A DNA stretch of 64,000 nt from Sumerlaeia bacterium (GTDB taxonomy: Bacteria; Sumerlaeota; Sumerlaeia; SLMS01; JAHLLQ01): assembly GCA_040219255.1 (NCBI GenBank), contig JAVJSW010000060.1, forward strand, positions 160,001 through 224,000, given 5' to 3'. Each line of letters opens with the position of its first letter. The first letter of the stretch is position 1. Positions 56,597 to 64,000 of this stretch are shown in pieces. Under the pieces are notes generated by a model that was not told where the DNA came from, made no database searches, and saw nothing but the letters and a program-made list of their open reading frames with translations. The position numbers and the translations under genes are program-made.

Positions 56597-56750
56597 CGAG
56601 CCACAGAGGGCACAAAGAAGATTGGAAATATGGAGGTTGGTGGCTGAAAAGCCCTCCCATTGAGTTGACCCGACATCGTATTGTCGAGATTCTTCACGTG
56701 TGCTTGAGGACCTCTGTGAAACCTCCGTCATCTGTGACCCTCTGTGGTTT
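56597..56750. repeat. Intergenic inverted-repeat element built of CACAGAG-type units
   Basis: CCACAGAGGG (56601-56610) and CCCTCTGTGG (56738-56747), with extra CTCTGTG/TCTGTG units in the right arm. Confidence 0.65.
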
Positions 56751-56849
56751 TTATCGCCCCCACCACCCCCCGCCATCACGCCTTGATTTCCCTTCCGTTC
56801 CTCGCGCACGATGCCTTCGCATTTTTTCGGAGGAGTCACCCGAACCGTC

Positions 56850-58157
56850 ATGTCTCAATTGGAAACCGCTGCCACCACACCCGCCGCTCAAGGCGCGGAG
56901 CTGTCGATCCCGCAACTGATCGCCGACATGGGGCGCCGGGCCCGGGCGGCGGCGGCGCTGCTGACGGCGGCGGCTCCGGCGGCGAAGAACGAGGCCCTGG
57001 AGCGCGCGGCTACGCTCTTTGAGGCCCGCCGCGAGGACATTCGGCGCGAAAACGCCAAGGACCTCGCCAGCGGCCGCCAGCGCGGGCTGTCCGATGCCAT
57101 GCTCGATCGCCTCGAACTGACCGACGCCCGCATCCAGGCCATGGCCACGGCCCTGCGCGAAGTCGCCGCCCTGCCCGATCCGGTGGGCGAATTGAGCCAC
57201 GTCCGCGTCCGCCCCAACGGCCTGCGCCTCGGCAAGATGCGCGCGCCCATCGGTGTCGTCGGGATCATCTACGAATCACGCCCGAACGTGACGGCCGACG
57301 CCGGCGCGCTTTGCCTCAAGAGCGGCAACGCGGTGATTCTGCGCGGCGGCAGCGAAGCCCTCCACAGCAACAAAGTCCTTGCCGCGCTGATGGCCGAAGC
57401 CACCGGCGCCGCCGGCCTGCCGCAGGACGCCATCCAGCTTGTCCCCACCACGGACCGCGCGGCGGTGGGCGAGTTGCTGCGCGCCGACAAGTTCGTGGAC
57501 ATCATCATCCCCCGCGGCGGCAAGAGCCTGATCCAGCGCATCATGGACGAATCGCGCATTCCGGTCATCAAGCACCTCGATGGCAATTGCTCGGTTTACG
57601 TCGATGAGTTCGCGGACCTCGCCATGGCCGAGACGATCCTGGTCAACAGCAAGACCCATCGCTACGGCGTGTGCAACGCGGCGGAAACGCTGCTGGTGCA
57701 CGAGGCGGTGGCGGGCGATTTCCTGCCCCGGGCCGTGGCGGCGCTGGCGGCCAAGGGCGTGGAAATCCGAGGCTGCGCCCGCACCCGCGCCATCGTGCCC
57801 CAGGGCGTTGTGGAAGCCACCGAGGAGGATTGGGGCGAGGAATATCTGGCGCCCATCATCGCCGCGCGGATCGTCGACTCTTTCGATGACGCGGTGGCGT
57901 TCATCAATCACTACGGCAGCCATCACACCGATGTCATCGTCAGCAAGGACTACGGCCGCATCACGGCCTTCACCCGCCGGATCGACAGCGCCTGCGTCCA
58001 CGTGAACTGCTCGTCGCGGTTCAGCGACGGCGGCGAGTACGGTCTCGGCGCGGAAATCGGCATTTCCACCGATAAGCTCCACGCTCGCGGCCCCATGGGG
58101 CTCGAGGAGTTGACGACATCGAAGTGGGTGGCGCTGGGCGAGGGGCAGATTCGCTAA
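56850..58157 (+). CDS. proA: Gamma-glutamyl phosphate reductase
   Basis: IIYESRPNVT, LKSGNAVILRGGSEA, IIPRGG, VCNAAE, EIGISTDKLHARGPMGL. Confidence 0.96.
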   Translation: MSQLETAATTPAAQGAELSIPQLIADMGRRARAAAALLTAAAPAAKNEALERAATLFEARREDIRRENAKDLASGRQRGLSDAMLDRLELTDARIQAMATALREVAALPDPVGELSHVRVRPNGLRLGKMRAPIGVVGIIYESRPNVTADAGALCLKSGNAVILRGGSEALHSNKVLAALMAEATGAAGLPQDAIQLVPTTDRAAVGELLRADKFVDIIIPRGGKSLIQRIMDESRIPVIKHLDGNCSVYVDEFADLAMAETILVNSKTHRYGVCNAAETLLVHEAVAGDFLPRAVAALAAKGVEIRGCARTRAIVPQGVVEATEEDWGEEYLAPIIAARIVDSFDDAVAFINHYGSHHTDVIVSKDYGRITAFTRRIDSACVHVNCSSRFSDGGEYGLGAEIGISTDKLHARGPMGLEELTTSKWVALGEGQIR

Positions 58158-58178
58158 GCCCAGCTTTCCCAGCCCCGC

Positions 58179-60728
58179 TCACTCTTCTTCATCTTGCAGT
58201 GGAGGCATCCAGCCGGTCTCCAGCGCCCGCTGAAAAAGCCGGTCGTTGTCGTATCCCAGGGCGCTGATCCGGTCCAGGACCGGCATCGCCTCCTCCGCTC
58301 GTCCCAGTTCAATCAAGGCTTCGGCGTAGTATTCGAGCATAAGACTGTCGTAAACGTCTTCGAGTTCCACGAGTTCGAGGGTTTCGCCGACGGACTCGGC
58401 GACGTTGCGCCACGCTTCCCGCTCCGCTTTGGTGTCGCCCTTCGCGGCGGAGCGCCGGGCATGCAAGGCCATCAGCTCGGCCATGTCGGAAGAAATCCGC
58501 AGCCGGCTGAGCAGTTCCGGCGAGAGCGAAGGGGACGCTTCCCGGTCCTCGTCGTCGCCGGAAACGACCGCCATGTCGTCTGCGGGGGCGGAATCGGTAT
58601 CTTGGCTCATGTCCCGCGCTATGGCGATATTCTCGCGAATGGCTTTCACTTCAGGGGATTCTTCGCCATAGGCCGATTCGGTCACCAATAGGGCCATGCG
58701 CAGGTGCGACAAAGCCCGGCGCGGATCCTCCGCCTTCAGGCAAATCTCGCCGATGCGGGCGGAGAGCGCGGCCAGCTCACGCGAGTCGTCCTTCAGCGCC
58801 CGCCGCGTTTTCAGCGAACGCTCCAGAAGCACCGCCGCGTCGTCGTACTGCCGCATGCGGACGAGAGTTTCGGCGGCGTCTTGCAGCTCCCGCGCAATGG
58901 AGCGAGCGCGTTCCGGCGGATTCAGCGGAATGTCCTGGCGCGCGAAGAGCAGCGAGGTCTCCTCCGCCACCTGATCCATCAACTCGCGGTCCGATGGCTC
59001 ATCCGGGTCCAGGCGCCCGCCCAGGTTCCTGATGGCGTAGAGGAGGAGCGACTGCGAGGAGGCGGCCCGGGCACGGGTCACTTCCCGCTCCGCCTCGGTC
59101 TGCTCCAGCAGTTCCTGGATTCGTTCCTTGGCGCTCTCCTCGTCCCGGCGCGCTTCGTCGTACGCGTTGCGTTCCGCCGCGAGGCGGAAGTTGAAGATCA
59201 CCGTCGTGATTGCGATGGCCACCAGGCCGATCAGAGCGATGGCGGTGGTCAGACGCCGCGTGCGCATCTGGACTTTCAGCTTCACCTCCGCTTTCTCCAG
59301 TTCCTCCTGAACGGCGTCGCGGGTCTTGGAGTCTTCCATGCGCTCGAATTGCGCGCGGGCCAGCACCAGGTCGTCGTTCGCCAGCGCCAGCCGCACATAA
59401 TCCGCCAGCGTCTGCGCCCGCAGCGGCCTGATGTCTGGATTGTCGGCGTGGAGCGCGTGGGCCTGCGCCAAGCGCGACAGGCATTCCGCGTAGGCCTGAT
59501 AGTCGCCCACGCCGAGCGCCAGCCGGTTACGCACCTTGCGCACGATTTCACCGGCCTCGCGCTGCTGGGTCGCTCCGGAAGTCCAATCCCTCAACTGAGT
59601 CAGGAAATCCTTCGCCGACGCCGTTCGCTCCTCCTGCTTCTCGGCCAAGGCTTGCAGGGCGATTTTCATCAGCCCCTCGGGCATTTCCCGCTCGCCCGCC
59701 GAATCCTTGATGTCGCGGAACTGGCCGACTTGCGCCATGCGGAAACACAACTCGGCCCCGAAGCCGGACCGTGGAAATCGCCCCGTCAGGAGTTGGTACA
59801 GGGTCCCCCCCAGCAGATAGACGTCCGTGGCGGGGGAAATCTTCTCCGAGTGATCCAGAGTTTGCTCCGGTGCCATCAGAACTGGCGTGCCGGCCGGCGC
59901 CACGGCGGTCTCGCGCGTGGGCAGAACATCGAAGGAGGTCGCCGCGCCCGAGTCGCGAAAACGCTTCTCGTCGTAAATCAGCGCGATCCCCCAGTCCATC
60001 AGCAGAACCTCGCCGAATTCCCCCAGCATCACCTGGCTCGGTTTCAGATCCCGGTGCACGATGCCCCGGCTGTGCGCGAAAGCCACAGCCTGCGTCACGC
60101 TCATCAGGATGGGCAGGTGTTTCGAGATGAACTGATTGACCGAAATCTCTTGGTTGTCGTGGTCTTCCTTGATTTCCTCCGACCACGGTCGGCCCCGCAC
60201 CAGCTTCATCGCCAGCAGCGGCCGTCCTTCCTCGTCCAGCCCCAGGTCGTGTACCGGCACGATGTTGGGGTGATCGAGGACCGCGGTGGCGAAGGCTTCC
60301 TGGCGGAAAGACACGTCGAGCGAGTCCGCCTCGCCGGTCATCAGCCGCGCCTGATAAAGGTCGTCGCGCAGACGCTTGACGGCCACCATGCGCCCGAGGC
60401 TGACCTGCGTCGCCTCCCAGACTTCGCCCATGCCGCCCTGGCCCACGACGTGGTGGAGGACGAAGGAGTTAGGCGACGATCCAGGCTCCGCCGGGCGCCG
60501 CGGATCGTCGCCCAGGGCCTTGAAGCTGGTCGTCCATTTCGCCAGCCGGTCGGCGTTCGCCAGCAACGACTCGCGAGCGAAAGTCCGCCGGCTCACCTGG
60601 GTCTCCGCCTCATCGCCGAGCTGGCGAATGCGGGTCGGATTGTAGGTGATCGTGGCGTCGTCCCCGGTCATCCCGGGCAGGACCGGCTGGTCCCCGCCGG
60701 GATTGGTGGGCGTATCGTATTCCTCCAT
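58179..60728 (-). CDS. Membrane Ser/Thr protein kinase with C-terminal coiled-coil/TPR region
   Basis: GQGGMGEV, VAVK, HPNIVPV, HRDLKPSQ, DWG, MAPE, DVY.LG, then the TM IALIGLVAIAITTVIF and TPR-like helices. Confidence 0.88.
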   Translation of the reverse strand: MEEYDTPTNPGGDQPVLPGMTGDDATITYNPTRIRQLGDEAETQVSRRTFARESLLANADRLAKWTTSFKALGDDPRRPAEPGSSPNSFVLHHVVGQGGMGEVWEATQVSLGRMVAVKRLRDDLYQARLMTGEADSLDVSFRQEAFATAVLDHPNIVPVHDLGLDEEGRPLLAMKLVRGRPWSEEIKEDHDNQEISVNQFISKHLPILMSVTQAVAFAHSRGIVHRDLKPSQVMLGEFGEVLLMDWGIALIYDEKRFRDSGAATSFDVLPTRETAVAPAGTPVLMAPEQTLDHSEKISPATDVYLLGGTLYQLLTGRFPRSGFGAELCFRMAQVGQFRDIKDSAGEREMPEGLMKIALQALAEKQEERTASAKDFLTQLRDWTSGATQQREAGEIVRKVRNRLALGVGDYQAYAECLSRLAQAHALHADNPDIRPLRAQTLADYVRLALANDDLVLARAQFERMEDSKTRDAVQEELEKAEVKLKVQMRTRRLTTAIALIGLVAIAITTVIFNFRLAAERNAYDEARRDEESAKERIQELLEQTEAEREVTRARAASSQSLLLYAIRNLGGRLDPDEPSDRELMDQVAEETSLLFARQDIPLNPPERARSIARELQDAAETLVRMRQYDDAAVLLERSLKTRRALKDDSRELAALSARIGEICLKAEDPRRALSHLRMALLVTESAYGEESPEVKAIRENIAIARDMSQDTDSAPADDMAVVSGDDEDREASPSLSPELLSRLRISSDMAELMALHARRSAAKGDTKAEREAWRNVAESVGETLELVELEDVYDSLMLEYYAEALIELGRAEEAMPVLDRISALGYDNDRLFQRALETGWMPPLQDEEE

Positions 60729-61025
60729 GGTGTCGTGCACGTTCTCCCAAGGACGAAAAATGAGGCTTAGGAGGCCATCAGGCGGTTCGGTTCTCAACGA
60801 GAAAAGCGCAAAATCCCCGCCTCTGGAATGCCATGGTCAGAATTCGGCGGGGGAGGGCGCTGGGTGAATTTTTGTCAATTTAGAGCGCTAACGCAATTTT
60901 GACAGTAATTTTCACTTGCATGGACCATCGCCGTATGCACGGTGAAACGTTCCTCTCGAGGAAGCCCGACTTAGCCCCAACTCCTAACAAATAACACTCC
61001 ACTTGTTAGTCCCACGAGGTTGCTC

Positions 61026-63827
61026 ATGTTTGAGAGTCTACGTCACCGTACCCTGATGCCTGCCATCTTCTCGGCCGTCTTCGCCGCCCTGCTGGGCGGC
61101 CTGGCCTGGTCCGGGCCCTATGATCCCCCGGCGGGATATTATAACAGCGCCGACGGCCTTACCGGCACCGCGCTCGAATCCGCCCTCAACGACATCGTCG
61201 ATGGCCACACCCGCTACTCCTACAGCCAGGTCTGGACCATCCTCCAGGAACTCGACGAAGACCCCGCCAACACCAGCAACATTCGCTGCATCTATTCCAA
61301 TCGCTCCATGCCCAAAAGCGACCGCGACGGCTCCTCCAGCGCCACCTACGTCTGGAACCGCGAGCACTCCTGGCCCAAGAGCCTCGGCTTCCCCAGCGAA
61401 GGCCAGTACGGCTACACCGACGTCCACCACCTCTTCGCCAGCGAACGCAACATCAACAGCGCCCGCGGCAACAAGCACTTCGATTTCTCCAATCCCGCCA
61501 CCTTGACCTATGATGTCATCGGCTTTACCCAGAACAACACCGCCGACACCGACTCTTTCGAACCCCACGACGATGTGAAGGGCGATGTGGCCCGGGCGAT
61601 GTTCTACATGGCCGTCCGCTACGATGGCACCGACGGCAGCATGCCCGACCTTTACCTCTCCAACCAATACACCGGCACCGACATTCCCCGCATGGGCATG
61701 CTCGACACGCTCATCCAGTGGCACACCCTCGATCCCGTCGATGATCGCGAACGCCGCCGCAACCACCTGATCTACATCAACTGGCAGGGCAACCGGAACC
61801 CCTTCGTGGACCGGCCCGAGCTGGTTTGCGAAATCTGGGGCGGCGATTGCTCCATCTATAACGGCGGCGGCAATCCCGGCGGAGATCTGCTCGCTTCTTC
61901 CGACTTCGAAGGCGGCCTCGGTGACTTCGTGAACGTCTCCGGCGACAGCCACGACTGGACCCGCGACAGCGGCGGCACCCCCAGTTCCGGCACCGGCCCC
62001 AGCTCCGGCGCCAACGGCTCGACTTGGTACGCCTTCGTCGAAACCTCCAGCGGCGGCGCCTACTCCAGCGGCAACACCGCCTTCCTCCAGGCCTCAGGCA
62101 TCGGTGGCAGTAACCGCGTCATCAGCTTCAACTACCACATGCTCGGCAGCAACTCCGGCACGCTCAGCCTCCAGGTCTCCACCGGCGGCAGCTTCAGCAC
62201 CGTCTGGAGCCAGAGTGGCCAGCAGTCCGCCAGCCAGACCGACTGGAAGTCCGCCACCGTGGACCTCGGCGCTTACTCGGGCACCATGAGCCTGCGTTTC
62301 GCCTACACCGCAGCCGGTGGTTGGTCCGCCGACCCGGCGCTCGACGACATCTTCGTCACAGGCACCACGAGCGGCGGCACCCCCACGCCGACCCCGACCC
62401 CGACCCCAACCCCGACACCCACTCCGACGCCCACACCCACCCCGACACCGATTCCCGGCGGCGGCACGCTGACCAGCGGCCAAACGGTGAGTGGCACCGT
62501 CGTCCAGAACGCCTGGACCCACTATACCATCTCCGTCCCCAGCGGCTCCTCCGCCCTCGACATCGTCATGACCGGCGACAATGACGCCGATCTCTACGTC
62601 AAGTTCGGCAGCCAGCCCACCGCTTCCTCCTGGGACTACCGTCCCTACGTCGGCGGCTCGAACGAAACGGTGAACGTCAGCAGCCCCGCCGCTGGCACCT
62701 GGCACATCTCGGTGAACGGCTACGCCGCCAGCAGCAATTACAGCCTGACCGCCACCATCACGGCGGGCGGCACGCCGACACCGACGCCGACCCCCACTCC
62801 GACGCCCACGCCGACTCCTACCCCGACGCCGACGCCGACTCCTGGCGGCACCAACGTCTGGATCAACGAAATTCACTACGACAACGACGGCACCGACACG
62901 AACGAGGGCGTGGAAATCGCCGGCACCGCGGGCACGAGCCTGAGCGGCTGGAAAATCGAAGCCTACAACGGCAACGGCGGCGGCCTCTACATCACCACCA
63001 ATCTGAGCGGCACCATCCCGAATCAGAGCAACGGCTACGGCACCGCCTTCTTCGCCATCTCCGGCCTCCAGAACGGCGCCCCCGATGGTGTCGCAATCAT
63101 CGACGGCACAGGCGCCGTCGTCCAGTTCCTCAGCTATGAAGGCACCATGACGGCCACCTCCGGCAGCGCCAGCGGCCAGACCTCGCAGGCCATCACCACC
63201 AGCGAAACCTCCACCTCGACCGTCGGCCACAGCCTCCAGCTCACCGGCACCGGCACCAGCTACGCCGACTTCACCTGGGCCAATTCGGCCGCCAGCACCT
63301 ACAATGCCCTGAACAATGGCCAGAGCTTCGGCGGATCGACCGGTGGAGGCACCACGACCCTCGCCAGCGCCGATTTCGAGAGCAGCCTTGGCTGGACGAG
63401 CAGCGGCAGCGAAGGCTGGACCCGCGACGCCAGCGGCACCCCCAGCAGCGGCACCGGCCCCAGCGCCGCTTCCCAGGGCAGCTACTACGCCTACATGGAA
63501 ACCTCAAGCGGCGCCGCCTACAGCGCCGGTAACGACGCCATCCTGACCAGCCCGGCCATCGGCGGCACCAACCGTTCCGTCAGCTTCGACTACCACATGT
63601 ATGGCGGCAACACGGGCTCGCTGCATCTGGAAGTCAGCACCGGCGGGTCCTGGAGCACTGTCTGGAGCCGCACCGGCCAGCAGACCAGCAGCCAATCCAC
63701 CTGGAGCAGCGCCACCGTTGACCTCAGCGGCTACTCCGGCACCATCCAGGTCCGCCTCCGCGCCGTCGCCGCCGGAGGCTGGCAGGGCGACACCGCCATC
63801 GACAATGTTGTGGTGACGGGCAGCTAA
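61026..63827 (+). CDS. Secreted modular endonuclease I-family nuclease (nuclease-MAM-PT-PPC-PT-LTD-MAM)
   Basis: GAGG RBS, signal peptide, WNREHSWPKS, DVHHL, NSARGN, KGDVARAMFYMAVRY, QGNRNPFVD, two MAM-like domains, PPC (DADLYVKFG), LTD (INEIHYDN). Confidence 0.88.
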   Translation: MFESLRHRTLMPAIFSAVFAALLGGLAWSGPYDPPAGYYNSADGLTGTALESALNDIVDGHTRYSYSQVWTILQELDEDPANTSNIRCIYSNRSMPKSDRDGSSSATYVWNREHSWPKSLGFPSEGQYGYTDVHHLFASERNINSARGNKHFDFSNPATLTYDVIGFTQNNTADTDSFEPHDDVKGDVARAMFYMAVRYDGTDGSMPDLYLSNQYTGTDIPRMGMLDTLIQWHTLDPVDDRERRRNHLIYINWQGNRNPFVDRPELVCEIWGGDCSIYNGGGNPGGDLLASSDFEGGLGDFVNVSGDSHDWTRDSGGTPSSGTGPSSGANGSTWYAFVETSSGGAYSSGNTAFLQASGIGGSNRVISFNYHMLGSNSGTLSLQVSTGGSFSTVWSQSGQQSASQTDWKSATVDLGAYSGTMSLRFAYTAAGGWSADPALDDIFVTGTTSGGTPTPTPTPTPTPTPTPTPTPTPTPIPGGGTLTSGQTVSGTVVQNAWTHYTISVPSGSSALDIVMTGDNDADLYVKFGSQPTASSWDYRPYVGGSNETVNVSSPAAGTWHISVNGYAASSNYSLTATITAGGTPTPTPTPTPTPTPTPTPTPTPTPGGTNVWINEIHYDNDGTDTNEGVEIAGTAGTSLSGWKIEAYNGNGGGLYITTNLSGTIPNQSNGYGTAFFAISGLQNGAPDGVAIIDGTGAVVQFLSYEGTMTATSGSASGQTSQAITTSETSTSTVGHSLQLTGTGTSYADFTWANSAASTYNALNNGQSFGGSTGGGTTTLASADFESSLGWTSSGSEGWTRDASGTPSSGTGPSAASQGSYYAYMETSSGAAYSAGNDAILTSPAIGGTNRSVSFDYHMYGGNTGSLHLEVSTGGSWSTVWSRTGQQTSSQSTWSSATVDLSGYSGTIQVRLRAVAAGGWQGDTAIDNVVVTGS
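62379..62450 (+). repeat. (Thr-Pro)12 linker
   Basis: 24 alternating ACN/CCN codons. Confidence 0.9.
62772..62843 (+). repeat. (Thr-Pro)12 linker
   Basis: 24 alternating ACN/CCN codons. Confidence 0.9.
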
Positions 63828-63861
63828 ACCAAACCGAATCAAGGCAGAACCACCGAACTAG

Positions 63862-63900
63862 AGGTCCCGCCTGAGAGCTTCTCAGGGTGGGACTTTTTTT
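63862..63900 (+). terminator. Intrinsic terminator
   Basis: GTCCCGCCTGAGA-GCT-TCTCAGGGTGGGAC hairpin followed by T7, downstream of the nuclease gene. Confidence 0.8.
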
Positions 63901-64000
63901 GAGGTTTCGCTTTGCTTTCCCCTTGCGTTCCCCGGGCTTCTTCGCTAATGTTTCGGGTATTGAGACATTGCTACTCTTTCTTCTGGGGGCCGCGCCATGC

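Noticed and set aside
55230-56760. Prophage or IS element explanation for the low-GC cassette
   Set aside because: No integrase, transposase, tRNA target or clear target-site duplication is visible.

Overview
High-GC bacterial chromosomal window with about 52 protein-coding genes. I found no rRNA, tRNA, CRISPR array, integrase or transposase. Housekeeping genes (thiE, rsgA, lysA, an Rne/Rng ribonuclease, dacB, a ClpS-like adaptor, proA, crcB) are mixed with dense signalling genes (two Ser/Thr kinases, an FHA-GAF-PP2C phosphatase, two ECF sigma factors, a sigma-54 activator, lone receivers) and several large secreted modular enzymes. The gene style suggests a PVC-like or candidate-phylum diderm such as Sumerlaeota/BRC1, but this is inference only. 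Five leads stand out. (1) Three unrelated secreted proteins share a short C-terminal motif (AGANGWEDYF, PKGHVWLVY, AGVTGVQLH) that may be an undescribed sorting signal. (2) A histone-H1-like protein with its own GGAGG RBS is nested in-frame at the end of the RNase E/G ORF, and a similar internal start lies inside an ECF-fusion gene. (3) A coupled three-gene cassette at 55250-56571 is partly low-GC, contains two apparent divergent paralogs and is followed by a CACAGAG palindromic element. (4) An atypical HSP90-family ATPase is translationally coupled to a helical-repeat partner. (5) A PilH/PilI/PilG-like ABC operon follows a sigma-54-type promoter. All calls come from reading motifs by eye; no database search was run. 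Many start codons were trimmed to the most plausible RBS-supported start.
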